DNA of 64,000 nt from an uncultured Candidatus Binatia bacterium. Lineage in GTDB: Bacteria > Desulfobacterota > Binatia > Bin18. The translations under genes and the position numbers were made by a program. Location of the stretch: contig OZ241744.1 of the NCBI GenBank assembly GCA_965200965.1, positions 2,208,001 to 2,272,000 on the forward strand, in the 5' to 3' direction. The notes beneath the pieces were generated by a model. It was not told where the DNA came from and did no database searches. It was given only the letters and a program-made list of their open reading frames with translations. Below are positions 1 through 10,113 of this stretch, piece by piece. Numbering within the stretch: position 1 is the stretch's first letter; each line of letters starts with the position of its first letter.

Positions 1-324
1 GAGCAGCACACACAGCTCGATGATCAAGACCGCGCCGCCGCCCAGGGCGACCCGGCTCAGCCCCCGGCGCAGCGGGGGCTGGGGGTCGGTCTGGAGGTTG
101 AGCAACATGATCACAAACAAAAACAGGACCATCACCGCCCCGGCGTAGACGATGATCTGCAACACGGCCACCATATGGGCCTCCAGAAACAGATAGTACA
201 CCGCCAGCAGAAACAGCGTCAGGACCAGAAACAGCGCGCTGTAGACCGGGTTGGGGTGCAACACGACCAGACCGGCGACGAGGATCAGGGGAACAGCCAG
301 AGCAAAAAACGTGATCGGGTCCAT
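1..324 (-). CDS. nuoJ: NADH-quinone oxidoreductase subunit J (5' part, runs off window)
   Basis: Manual translation MDPITFFALAVPLILVAGLVVLHPNPVYSALFLV...VLQIIVYAGAVMVLFLFVIMLL has the NuoJ signature; follows nuoH. Confidence 0.9.
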   Translation of the reverse strand, partial: MDPITFFALAVPLILVAGLVVLHPNPVYSALFLVLTLFLLAVYYLFLEAHMVAVLQIIVYAGAVMVLFLFVIMLLNLQTDPQPPLRRGLSRVALGGGAVLIIELCVLL

Positions 325-327
325 ACG

Positions 328-1419
328 CTATTGCACCAGCAGAATGACCAGCGCGGTGGCCATCACATTGACCAAAGCGACCGGCAACAGAATTTTCCAG
401 CCCAGGTGTATCAACTGATCATAGCGAAAGCGGGGCAGGGTCCAGCGAATCATGATCTGCAACCAGCAGAAGAACACCACTTTCAGGGTAAACGCGCCGA
501 CCTGGAGCAGGCTGACCAGCAACGACGGCAGGCCAAGACTCACACCGCCCGGGAACTGAAATCCCTCGCGGCCCAGAAAAGGGACCTGCCAGCCGCCAAA
601 AAACAGCGTGCTCACCAGCGCGGCAACCACCACCACCTCAACAAAATCAACCAGCATGAAGGTTGCCTGCTTCATGCCCGAGTACTCGGTGAAATAGCCC
701 GAGATCAGCTCCGACTCGGCCTCCGGCAGATCAAACGGATTGCGTTTGCTCTCGGCAATCCCGGCCGTCAGAAAGATGAAAAAGGCGACCGGCTGTAAAA
801 AAATGCCCCAGGCCGGGATGATCCCGCCCCACAGCTCGCCCTGAGCGCGCGCAATGTCCTGCAAGTCAAGCGTGCCAAAGCTCAGCACCACCCCGATCAG
901 CGACAGGCCCATAGCGATTTCATACGAAATCATCTGGGCTGAGCCGCGAATGCCGCCCAGCAAGGCCCAGCGGTTATTGGACGCCCAGCCGCCCAGCACC
1001 ACCCCGTACACCCCCAGCGACACCATGGCCAGGATGTACAGCAGGCCGACATTGAGCGAGGCCGCCTGGAGGGGAATCGTCCGCCCGCCGATAATCAGCA
1101 CATCCCCGAACGGAATGACCAGAAACGTGATCAGAATCGGCAGCAGGGCAAGAATCGGGGCCAGGGTATGCAACAGGCGATCGGCCCCCGGCGGGATAAA
1201 GTCCTCTTTGGTAATCAGTTTGATGGGATCGGCAACCAGGGTGTTGATGAAGCCCAGGTTAAACGGCAGCTTGCCAAAAATGGCAGCCCGATTGGCACCT
1301 ATCCGGTCTTGCAGCACCGCGCTGCCCTTGCGCTCAACCCACAGCAGCAGCCCGCCAAGGTTGATGACCATGAGCAGGACCAGCAGGGTGAGCGTAAACG
1401 AGACGATAAAATCCAGCAT
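328..1419 (-). CDS. nuoH: NADH-quinone oxidoreductase subunit H
   Basis: ERK..A..QDRIG, RNPFDLPEAESEL, RWTLPRFRYDQL motifs. Confidence 0.95.
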   Translation of the reverse strand: MLDFIVSFTLTLLVLLMVINLGGLLLWVERKGSAVLQDRIGANRAAIFGKLPFNLGFINTLVADPIKLITKEDFIPPGADRLLHTLAPILALLPILITFLVIPFGDVLIIGGRTIPLQAASLNVGLLYILAMVSLGVYGVVLGGWASNNRWALLGGIRGSAQMISYEIAMGLSLIGVVLSFGTLDLQDIARAQGELWGGIIPAWGIFLQPVAFFIFLTAGIAESKRNPFDLPEAESELISGYFTEYSGMKQATFMLVDFVEVVVVAALVSTLFFGGWQVPFLGREGFQFPGGVSLGLPSLLVSLLQVGAFTLKVVFFCWLQIMIRWTLPRFRYDQLIHLGWKILLPVALVNVMATALVILLVQ

Positions 1420-1429
1420 GGGTTCTCCC

Positions 1430-1936
1430 TCAGGAAGAGGGTATCTGTTGTGTCTCCATTTTCTCTGCCAGACCGTCGATCAGGCGCTTGACCCGGTCTG
1501 GGGTCTGGTGTTCGTGGTAGTCGTCGTTGACCTGGACAACCGGGGCTGTGCCACACGAGCCCAGGCACTCGACCTCACTCAGCGAAAAGACCCGGTCGGC
1601 CGTGGTCTGGCCCAGCCCGATGCCGAGCTTGTCGCGTACACAGTCCACAATCCGGTCTGCGCCCCGCAGGCGACACGACAGATTCGTACACACCTGGAGG
1701 TGAAACCGGCCCATCGGCTTCTTGTACAGCATCGTATAAAATGAGGCGACCGAAGCCACAGAGGCCGGCGACAGATCGAGGAGCCGGGCGATGTACTCCA
1801 TGACCTCCGGACTCAGATAGCCAAACTCCTCCTGGGCCAACCAGAACGTCGGCAGGAGGGCCGCCTGTTTGGTCGGGTAGTGGCTCAGGACCTCTTCAAA
1901 GCGTTGATACGTCTCGTCTGAGAATTGTACGGACAT
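1430..1936 (-). CDS. nuoE: NADH-quinone oxidoreductase subunit E (2Fe-2S)
   Basis: VCTNLSC...ECLGSCGTAP cysteine motif; start could be 1954. Confidence 0.92.
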   Translation of the reverse strand: MSVQFSDETYQRFEEVLSHYPTKQAALLPTFWLAQEEFGYLSPEVMEYIARLLDLSPASVASVASFYTMLYKKPMGRFHLQVCTNLSCRLRGADRIVDCVRDKLGIGLGQTTADRVFSLSEVECLGSCGTAPVVQVNDDYHEHQTPDRVKRLIDGLAEKMETQQIPSS

Positions 1937-1954
1937 GCCGGGTTGTGTGCGCAC

Positions 1955-3222
1955 TTATCTATCGCACTCTCCACCAATCATGTTGACCATCCCGAAGGTA
2001 GTGATGATATCGGACACCAGGTGGCCTTTGAGCATCGTGCCCAGCGCGGCCATGCCAAAGAAGCACGGCGGGCGGACCCGGACGCGGTAGGGCCGGCCAC
2101 TGCCGTCGCTGACCAGATAGAAACCGAGTTCGCCGTTGGCCCCTTCAACCGGGATATAGACCTCACCGGGTGGAATTTCACCCCCTCAATGACCAGCTTG
2201 AAGTGGTTCATCAACCCCTCAATATTGCCGTAGACCTCTCTTTTGTCGGGCAGGCTGATACGCGGATCGTCAACCCGGACCGGGCCTTCGGGCAACAGCT
2301 CAAGGGCTTGCTCAATGATGCGCCTGCTCTGCCTGAGTTCTTCAAAGCGCACCGCAAAGCGGTCGTAATTGTCGCCCTGGGTACCGGTCGGAATATCAAA
2401 GTCGAGCTGGTCGTAGACCAGATACGGCTGGGAGCGGCGAATATCGTGCGGAATGCCGGTCGCCCGCAACAGCGGGCCGGTCAGGCTGTAGGACACCGCG
2501 TCCTGTTGAGAGATAGCGCCGACCCCCGACATGCGATCAATAAAAATCCGGTTCTTTGACAGCAGGTGATCGCAGTCGGACAGGATTTTGTCTATGTCAG
2601 CAAACGCACCCCGCACCCGCTCGGCAAATCCGTGGGGAACATCCTGGGTCACCCCACCGACCCGGGCATAGCTGACGGTCAGCCGCGCTCCGGTCACGGC
2701 CGAGACCAGGTCGTAGAGTATCTCGCGCGTCTCCATCATGTAGAAACCGACCGAGATGGCACCAGCCTCGGCCGCCGCCATGCCCAGACACGTCATGTGG
2801 TCGGTGATACGCGAGATTTCGCTCATAATGGTCCGAATGTACTGACAGCGTTCCGGCACCTCGATTTCCAGCAGCTTTTCGGCCGCCAGGGCAAACGCCA
2901 CATTATTGATCAGCGGCGAGGCGTAGTTCAGCCGATCGGTATACGGCACGACATGGTTCCAGGTGCGCTGCTCGCACATCTTCTCAAACCCCCGGTGCAG
3001 ATAGCCGATTTCGGTATCCAGGTTGAGGATTTTTTCGCCGTCGAGGGTCAGGTTGAACTTGATCGTACCGTGGGTAGCTGGATGGGACGGTCCCATCTGG
3101 AGCGACATCACCTCCGAGGTCGGATCAAGGCTGTCGGGAAGAGATACCGGTGATATCTTCTGCGGAGCTCGGTCATGACCGGGCTCCTGCGTGTCCGCGG
3201 CCGGGAGTGGCTCTTGTGCCAT
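1955..3222 (-). CDS. nuoD: NADH-quinone oxidoreductase subunit D (1-nt frameshift near 2177, probably a read error)
   Basis: GPSHPATHG and GYLHRGFEK motifs; the C-terminus (EGANGELGFY...IGGECDR*) continues in another frame. Confidence 0.9.
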
Positions 3223-3223
3223 A

Positions 3224-3724
3224 TTATTTTGTATCCCACGGGTTGGCGATTGGATCGCGCTCTTCAACCAGGGGCTGACGCTTATTGACCGGGTAATCTT
3301 TGCGCAGCGGGTGGCCCTGAAACTCCTCGTACATCAAAAGACGGGTCAGCTTGGGATGGTCCCGAAAAGACACCCCGAACATGTCCCACACCTCACGCTC
3401 CAGCCAGTTGGCGGCCTTCCACAGCCCTGTCACCGACGGCAGCCAAGCCTCGTCCTCGGCTACCCGGACCTTGACCCGCAGGCGGTGGTTGAGCCGCAGC
3501 GAGTACAGATGGTAGACCACCTCAAAGCGCGGCTCCTGACCAAAAAAGTCAACCGCGCTCAGATCAACCAGCATAGTGAAGGCAAACTCGGGGGCGTCTC
3601 TGAGGCTGGTGAGGACCGCAAGCAGGGCAGTCCGTTCAAGCACAATCGTGGCGTTGCCGTGCCGGGTATGGCTCTCGACAATTTTGCCCGAAAAGGCGCT
3701 CTCGGCTTTGCTCAGCAACTCCAT
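3224..3724 (-). CDS. nuoC: NADH-quinone oxidoreductase subunit C
   Basis: ANWLEREVWDMFGV, GHPLRKDYP. Confidence 0.93.
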   Translation of the reverse strand: MELLSKAESAFSGKIVESHTRHGNATIVLERTALLAVLTSLRDAPEFAFTMLVDLSAVDFFGQEPRFEVVYHLYSLRLNHRLRVKVRVAEDEAWLPSVTGLWKAANWLEREVWDMFGVSFRDHPKLTRLLMYEEFQGHPLRKDYPVNKRQPLVEERDPIANPWDTK

Positions 3725-3746
3725 GACAGGCTCGCCCGTCCTTTCC

Positions 3747-4100
3747 CTAGGCCGATTCAAGCGCCCCCTTCTTGATTGCATACACCAGCCCAAGGGCCAG
3801 AATCAGGACAAAAACCAGCATCTCGACAAAGCCGAACAGCCCCAGCCGCCGAAACACCACCGCCCACGGGTAGAGAAACACCACCTCAACGTCAAACACA
3901 ATGAAAAGAATGGCGACCAGATAAAACTTGACCGGGAATCTCCCCCAGGCCGAGCCGCTTGGCGGATTGCCGCACTCAAACGGCTCGTCTTTGACCGCGG
4001 AATGCCGCTCAGGGCCAAACAGGGTGCTGGCAAAGACCATCGCCCCGGCGATCATCCCCGCCAGGATCAACGCTATCAGGACCGGAACATACTGCTCCAT
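3747..4100 (-). CDS. nuoA: NADH-quinone oxidoreductase subunit A
   Basis: PFECG, FYLVAILFIVFDVEVVFLYPWAV. Confidence 0.93.
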   Translation of the reverse strand: MEQYVPVLIALILAGMIAGAMVFASTLFGPERHSAVKDEPFECGNPPSGSAWGRFPVKFYLVAILFIVFDVEVVFLYPWAVVFRRLGLFGFVEMLVFVLILALGLVYAIKKGALESA

Positions 4101-4239
4101 ATTCCCCTCAGTCCATGTCCGAGGCATAAAAACAGAGGACGCCGGGGGTTGTCAAGCCAGGACATACGCAACATGCCGCCCTCAGCCGTCTGTTTCTTGC
4201 GATCCCGACCCGGAGGTGGTACAACCCCCATACACCGCA

Positions 4240-4329
<90 letters not shown>

Positions 4330-4331
4330 GA

Positions 4332-4438
4332 GGTGATAGCTAGGTCCTGCGCAAGGGAGGTCGGGAACCCCGTCAGGTCCGGAAGGAAGCAGCGGTACCG
4401 ATTGCACCCCTGTGCCGCAGGGTAGCCTAGCTATCACC
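4332..4438 (+). ncRNA. ffs: SRP RNA (4.5S)
   Basis: CAGGTCCGGAAGGAAGCAGC core; terminal helix GGTGATAGCTAGG/CCTAGCTATCACC; usual position before dnaX. Confidence 0.93.
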
Positions 4439-4478
4439 CCTGACGGCAGAGGGGCAGCTCTCCATAGCGTTTCCAGCC

Positions 4479-6314
4479 ATGAGTTATCTCGTCCTCGCCC
4501 GCAAGTGGCGGCCCCAGACCTTCGACCAGGTGGTCGGCCAGGAGCATGTGACCCGGACCCTCCAGAACGCGATCCAGAGCGGCCGCATCGCCCACGCGTT
4601 CTTGTTCACCGGTCCGCGCGGGGTCGGCAAGACCACCATCGCCCGGCTGCTGGCCAAGGCGCTGAACTGTGAGGGCGGACCGACGCCCCAGCCGTGCAAC
4701 AGGTGCAGCAACTGCGCCGAGATTACCGCCGGCAGCTCGATCGACGTGCTGGAGATTGACGGGGCGTCGCATACCGGGGTTGATCACGCCCGCGACATTA
4801 CCGAGGGCGTGCAATACCGACCGGCCAAGAGCCGTTTTCGGGTCGTCATTATCGACGAAGTCCACATGCTGTCAAATGCGGCCTTTAACGCGCTGCTCAA
4901 AACCCTGGAAGAGCCGCCGGCCCATGTCAAGTTCATCTTTGCCACCACCGAGGTCCAGAAAATTCTGGCCACGATCGTATCGCGCTGTCAGCGCTACGAT
5001 TTCAAGCGGATTCCGCTGCGTGATCTCATCAAGCAGTTGACCGCCCTGGCCGAGCACGAACAGTTCGTGTGCGATGAGGTCGGCTTGTCTCTCATCGCGC
5101 GGGAGGCCGACGGCAGCCTGCGCGACGCCGAGTCCCTGCTTGAACAGGTCGTGACCTGGGGGGACGGTCAGGTCAACACCCAGACCATCCGCCAGGCGCT
5201 CGGGGTAGCCGACCGTCAGATGCTGTTTGAGCTCGTCGGCGCAATCCTGGCCCATGATCCGGCCCAGGCACTGCGCGTTGCCGGGGATCTGTACGAGTAC
5301 GGCTATGATCCGCGTCGGCTGTGCCGTGATCTGCTTGAGCACTTTCATCATCTGGTCATTGCCAAGGTGTGCAACGACCCGGCTGTGCTGGCCGATTTGC
5401 CCGACCATGAGATTAAAACGGTCCAGGACCAGGCCGCCAAACGATCGCCCGAAGACCTCCAGCGGTCTTTCAACCTGCTGCTCCAGGCCGAAGAAGACAT
5501 CAACCGGACCGCCTATACCCAGTTGGCGGTTGAAATGAGCCTGGTCAAGCTGGCCAGCCAGCCGCCGGTCGTACCAATTGACGAGGCCCTGGCCCAACTC
5601 CAGACCTTGCGCCAGCAGCTCGGCGCGCCTGGCCCCGGCCAGGCCCAAGCTCCGCCCCAACCCCCGGCCTCCGAGCCAGGCCGCCGGCCGCGGCCCACAG
5701 CGCGGGCGTCAACACCCGCCCCTGACAATCTGCCGCCGCCCGACCCGGCTACTCCCCGAGGACGGAATGTGTCGCCTTCCTCTCAATCCGGTGACACATT
5801 CCGTCCCTATCTCCAGCCGGTTCCAGACCCCGCGCCGAGCGACACCGGACGGGACGACTGGGAGCGCCTGTTAGCCGCAGTCCAAAAGGATAAGCTGTCA
5901 CTGTTTTTTGCCCTCAAGGCGGGCCAGCTGCACGACCTCAGCCAGACCGTGCTGACCATCCGGGTGAACAAAGAGCCGTATTTCAAGGAACTGACCCGCA
6001 AAGAAAACCACACAATTGTAGAAGAAGCCGCCGGCCGGGTATTTGGCCGGCCCCTGCGGGTCGAGGTGAGCAAAGAGAGCCGGCCGCGGCCGGCGGCCCC
6101 CCACAGCGACGCGGCCGGCCCGGCACCGGCAAACGCCACCGCCGGCAACTCGGACGAAGCACCCCCTCCCCCTGATCCTCTCCCCGGGGGATCGGAAAAG
6201 TCCAGCCTGACCGACAAGAACAAAGACCCCCTGGTCCCAACCGTTCTCGAAGTACTGGGCGGCGAGGTCCAGAGCAGCCGCATCCGTGAAGGACGCAACG
6301 TGTCATCAGATTGA
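4479..6314 (+). CDS. dnaX: DNA polymerase III subunit gamma/tau
   Basis: LARKWRPQTF, GPRGVGKTT, DEVHML, KTLEEPP, SRC; Pro-rich linker. Confidence 0.97.
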   Translation: MSYLVLARKWRPQTFDQVVGQEHVTRTLQNAIQSGRIAHAFLFTGPRGVGKTTIARLLAKALNCEGGPTPQPCNRCSNCAEITAGSSIDVLEIDGASHTGVDHARDITEGVQYRPAKSRFRVVIIDEVHMLSNAAFNALLKTLEEPPAHVKFIFATTEVQKILATIVSRCQRYDFKRIPLRDLIKQLTALAEHEQFVCDEVGLSLIAREADGSLRDAESLLEQVVTWGDGQVNTQTIRQALGVADRQMLFELVGAILAHDPAQALRVAGDLYEYGYDPRRLCRDLLEHFHHLVIAKVCNDPAVLADLPDHEIKTVQDQAAKRSPEDLQRSFNLLLQAEEDINRTAYTQLAVEMSLVKLASQPPVVPIDEALAQLQTLRQQLGAPGPGQAQAPPQPPASEPGRRPRPTARASTPAPDNLPPPDPATPRGRNVSPSSQSGDTFRPYLQPVPDPAPSDTGRDDWERLLAAVQKDKLSLFFALKAGQLHDLSQTVLTIRVNKEPYFKELTRKENHTIVEEAAGRVFGRPLRVEVSKESRPRPAAPHSDAAGPAPANATAGNSDEAPPPPDPLPGGSEKSSLTDKNKDPLVPTVLEVLGGEVQSSRIREGRNVSSD

Positions 6315-6347
6315 GAGGCCAGAAGAGATCATCTGACAGGAGTCGGT

Positions 6348-6674
6348 ATGGCAGATTTCAACATCGGCGACATTATGAAACACGCCCAGCAGTTGCAGAG
6401 CCAGCTCAGCCAAGTCCAGGAACAGGCCACCAAAAAGACCGTCAGCGCCACCGCCGGCGGCAGCATGGTCAGCGCCGAGGTCAACGGCGGGCTGGAGTTG
6501 GTATCGCTGACCATTGACCCGGCCCTGCTTGACGGCGACAGGGTAGACGCGGAGATGATTCAAGACCTTGTTATTGCCGCGGTCAATCAGGGCATCAGCC
6601 GGGCCAAAAAGATGATGGCCGATGAGGTCGGCAAGCTGACCGGCGGACTTAAAATTCCCGGTCTGACCCCATGA
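6348..6674 (+). CDS. ybaB: YbaB/EbfC nucleoid-associated protein
   Basis: AGGSMV, DLVIAAVN; dnaX-ybaB-recR synteny. Confidence 0.93.
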   Translation: MADFNIGDIMKHAQQLQSQLSQVQEQATKKTVSATAGGSMVSAEVNGGLELVSLTIDPALLDGDRVDAEMIQDLVIAAVNQGISRAKKMMADEVGKLTGGLKIPGLTP

Positions 6675-7267
6675 ACCTCACCCCGTCTCTGGCCCGCCTG
6701 GTGGAACAACTCGGCCGGCTGCCGGGCATTGGCGAAAAAACTGCCACCCGCCTGGCCATGTTCATTCTGAGCGCCGACCGTGACTATGCCGAAGCGCTGG
6801 CCGAAGCGGTCTGGGCGGTCAAGACCGAAACGACCCTGTGCCGGGAGTGCTTCGGCCTAGCCGAAGGCGAGCGCTGCGCCATCTGTCTTGACCCCAAACG
6901 CGACGACGACGCGCTGTGTGTCGTTGAGGAGCCGGCCGACCTCATAGCGCTGGAAAAAGTCCACGAGTACCGGGGCCGCTACCATGTTCTGCACGGCGTC
7001 CTGTCGCCCCTCGACGGCGTCGGTCCCGACGAACTCAAGATCGCTCCCCTGCTCGAACGGCTGCACCGCGTCTCAACCCGGGAAGTCATCATCGCCACCA
7101 ATCCGACCACCGCGGGCGAAGCCACCGCCCTGTACCTGGCAAACGTGATCAAACCGCTCGGGCCGCGGGTCAGCCGCATCGCCCGCGGCATCCCGATGGG
7201 CGGCGATGTGGAATACACCGATGTCGTGACCCTGGGCCGCGCCCTTGAAGGCCGGCGGGAGATGTAG
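6671..7267 (+). CDS. recR: Recombination mediator RecR
   Basis: LPGIGEKTA, C4 zinc finger, YHVLHG, IATNPT, RIARGIPMG. Confidence 0.96.
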   Translation: MNLTPSLARLVEQLGRLPGIGEKTATRLAMFILSADRDYAEALAEAVWAVKTETTLCRECFGLAEGERCAICLDPKRDDDALCVVEEPADLIALEKVHEYRGRYHVLHGVLSPLDGVGPDELKIAPLLERLHRVSTREVIIATNPTTAGEATALYLANVIKPLGPRVSRIARGIPMGGDVEYTDVVTLGRALEGRREM

Positions 7268-7325
7268 CCGCCCGTCTTTACACCCGCCCCGGCCTTTGCT
7301 ACAGAACTTCGTTCCAACGCGGTGA

Positions 7326-7401
7326 TCCTCGGTAGCTCAACCGGCAGAGCAATCGGCTGTTAACCGATGGGTTGTAGGTTCGAATCCTACCCGAGGAGCC
7401 A
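7326..7401 (+). tRNA. tRNA-Asn(GTT)
   Basis: TCCTCGG acceptor stem, anticodon loop CTGTTAA, GGTTCGAATCC, CCA end. Confidence 0.95.
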
Positions 7402-7436
7402 GCCTTCCCCGCCCGTGCCAAACCTTCCGCTTTGCG

Positions 7437-8815
7437 GTCTGGTTGACCCCGCCGTCTCCAAGTCGTTATATTCTGCGACCGCATCGCTGACAGCGGTAGT
7501 TGGGTCTGGTTGACCCCGCCGTCTCCAAGTCGTTATATTCTGGCGACCGTGGGCGGGGGCTGCGGATGGCGTCTGGTTGACCCCGCCGTCTCCAAGTCGT
7601 TATATTCCTCTGCAAAGCCCCAACCGCGAGGGTCGCTGTCTGGTTGACCCCGCCGTCTCCAAGTCGTTATATTCCCGGCGGCGGGGGAGTACGACCCAAG
7701 CCCCGTCTGGTTGACCCCGCCGTCTCCAAGTCGTTATATTCACCGGCCTACGACTACGCCACCGCCCATGCGGTCTGGTTGACCCCGCCGTCTCCAAGTC
7801 GTTATATTCCCGGCCAGCCCGCGTCCAGCGGCAATGTCCGTCTGGTTGACCCCGCCGTCTCCAAGTCGTTATATTCGCCATTGAGCGCTGGGCCAACGGC
7901 CGAACGGTCTGGTTGACCCCGCCGTCTCCAAGTCGTTATATTCCTGGCCCTCGAGCTCCGTGCCGCGGCCGTGGTCTGGTTGACCCCGCCGTCTCCAAGT
8001 CGTTATATTCGTCAGCGAAAGTGTCACCGGAGATCATACGGTCTGGTTGACCCCGCCGTCTCCAAGTCGTTATATTCACCGGGGGGGGACGCCCCCCCAC
8101 CCAAAATGTCTGGTTGACCCCGCCGTCTCCAAGTCGTTATATTCCAGCGGCGTTCCGTGGACCATCAACTAATTGTCTGGTTGACCCCGCCGTCTCCAAG
8201 TCGTTATATTCTGCAATCGGCGCTGATGCGGAGTGTGGCCCGTCTGGTTGACCCCGCCGTCTCCAAGTCGTTATATTCTGCAATCGGCGCTGATGCGGAG
8301 TGTGGCCCGTCTGGTTGACCCCGCCGTCTCCAAGTCGTTATATTCCGTAGTAGTCTGCGTCGTTCACGATGTTCTGTCTGGTTGACCCCGCCGTCTCCAA
8401 GTCGTTATATTCCGTAGTAGTCTGCGTCGTTCACGATGTTCTGTCTGGTTGACCCCGCCGTCTCCAAGTCGTTATATTCCGTAGTAGTCTGCGTCGTTCA
8501 CGATGTTCTGTCTGGTTGACCCCGCCGTCTCCAAGTCGTTATATTCCGTAGTAGTCTGCGTCGTTCACGATGTTCTGTCTGGTTGACCCCGCCGTCTCCA
8601 AGTCGTTATATTCACCAAGATGCGTGTGGAGGCAGGAGCCGAAGTCTGGTTGACCCCGCCGTCTCCAAGTCGTTATATTCTCATTTTGGCATAGTCTCCG
8701 TCGGACTTCCTGTCTGGTTGACCCCGCCGTCTCCAAGTCGTTATATTCGATCGTCGGGGGCTTGGCGAGTACATGGATGTCTGGTTGACCCCGCCGTCTC
8801 CAAGTCGTTATATTC
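7437..8815 (+). CRISPR. CRISPR array, 21 identical 37-bp repeats GTCTGGTTGACCCCGCCGTCTCCAAGTCGTTATATTC, 20 spacers of 30-31 bp
   Basis: Repeats counted by hand (first at 7437, last at 8779); + orientation inferred from the tracrRNA anti-repeat. Confidence 0.98.
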
Positions 8816-8852
8816 AAGCCACACGGAAACCCCCGTGCGGCTTGAACTTTTC
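8813..8852 (+). terminator. Hairpin at the array/cas2 boundary
   Basis: TTCAAGCCACACGG-aaacc-CCGTGCGGCTTGAA followed by CTTTTC. Confidence 0.6.
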
Positions 8853-8882
8853 TGATCTGGAAGGCGTTGGCACAATGTTTTC

Positions 8883-9188
8883 CTAGAGAAGAACCAGTTG
8901 AACAGGGCGTGGGCTCTCCCTATGCTTACCCCCATTCCAGATGGTCATCATCCGCCCCATCTGCTTCTCGGTAATTTGCAAAACCGACACATGGCCCTTC
9001 TCTGGGCACAGAGCGACGAGCTTGGTAAGCTCCCGCTCGCTCCGGTCTGGCGTACCCACGAACTTGCGGTACACCGAGAACTGCATCATCTCATAGCCGC
9101 GTTTGCGGATGTCATTGTGAAAACGTGTGTATGCCTTGCGGCCCTCTGGGTTGGCTACAGGAAGGTCGTAGAAGACGAGCAGCCACAT
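8883..9188 (-). CDS. cas2: CRISPR-associated Cas2 (start uncertain)
   Basis: MWLLVFYDLPV...GYEMMQFSVY...ITEKQMGRM, typical type II Cas2. Confidence 0.92.
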   Translation of the reverse strand: MWLLVFYDLPVANPEGRKAYTRFHNDIRKRGYEMMQFSVYRKFVGTPDRSERELTKLVALCPEKGHVSVLQITEKQMGRMMTIWNGGKHRESPRPVQLVLL

Positions 9189-9210
9189 GTAACGCGGCCT
9201 TCCCGAAACT

Positions 9211-10113
9211 TCAGGAGAGGAACGGGCAATCTGGATAGCGGACCCGTGTCTCGCGGCCGTCTTCAAGAAACTCTCGATATCCACGCACCACTTCCAGCAC
9301 TGCCCGCTTTACCGGCCCGTCATTCGCAAATGGCTCTAATATCGCTGACTTCACCGCTTTCTGGTCAATGCCGTCCGTGTCGCCTACTCCGAGTGTCACC
9401 GCCGCATCCACGGTCGGGCGGAAAGGCTCCATCAGGTCGGAAGCGAGCGCCCAGGCGTTGGTGCGAGAGGCATGACCAAATCCCAGCGACGGGTCACAGC
9501 CAAGCGCCACAAGGCCGCGCCCCACAGTTGCCAGCAGAACGGCATACCCCCAGTTCAGCAGGCCATTACGCGGGTCATCCTGGTCCGAACGCTTGAAATC
9601 ACTGAACAGACCACGCCAATAGATCGCAGCCGCCTGAGCCTCAACTGTCTCCTGTCCATCCAGCCCCACCTCGTCGGCCAAGCGTCGGACCCGCTGAGCA
9701 CCCCGCGCACCGACCTGTGCCAGGAGCGCCGCCTGTGCCATAATTTTCGCCTGCACGGTGCGCCGCCACAGCCGACGGGCAGCGGCCTGACCCCGCAAAG
9801 CGCGGACTTGGATGCGATGGACTTGTCCGGCGTTCCATCCCGCACTAACCGGCAGAGACAGCGAGACCGGAAGATGCTGCCGGCAAAAAATGACTGGGAT
9901 ACCGCGCTCACCGCAGGCCGCAAGCACCGCGGATGTCACCGTCGCCCGCTCGGTTTCCAGCACAACCGCCAGCACATCGCCGGACGGGAGCGTTACCCGG
10001 CCAGCCTTGTCGCGTCTTTCAACGACGAAGCTATTTGCCTCGAAGCGGATATGGCACCGGCTGGATACCTCCAGGAGCCTTTCCGCGCCTGTGAAGTCGT
10101 CTGCCAAGGACAT
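9211..10113 (-). CDS. cas1: Type II CRISPR-associated Cas1
   Basis: EAQAAAIYW, NGLLNWGYAVL, LGFGH, LASDLMEPFRP. Confidence 0.93.
   Translation of the reverse strand: MSLADDFTGAERLLEVSSRCHIRFEANSFVVERRDKAGRVTLPSGDVLAVVLETERATVTSAVLAACGERGIPVIFCRQHLPVSLSLPVSAGWNAGQVHRIQVRALRGQAAARRLWRRTVQAKIMAQAALLAQVGARGAQRVRRLADEVGLDGQETVEAQAAAIYWRGLFSDFKRSDQDDPRNGLLNWGYAVLLATVGRGLVALGCDPSLGFGHASRTNAWALASDLMEPFRPTVDAAVTLGVGDTDGIDQKAVKSAILEPFANDGPVKRAVLEVVRGYREFLEDGRETRVRYPDCPFLS

Noticed and set aside
2170-2185. nuoD frameshift as a pseudogene or programmed shift
   Set aside because: One missing A in a short A-run of an otherwise intact core gene; a sequencing error is most likely. It also warns that other indels here may be errors.
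7474-8778. Self-targeting spacers
   Set aside because: No match noticed by eye within the window; an exhaustive search was not possible
7600-8935. ORFs with repeated NITTWRRRGQPD peptides
   Set aside because: Translations of the CRISPR repeats
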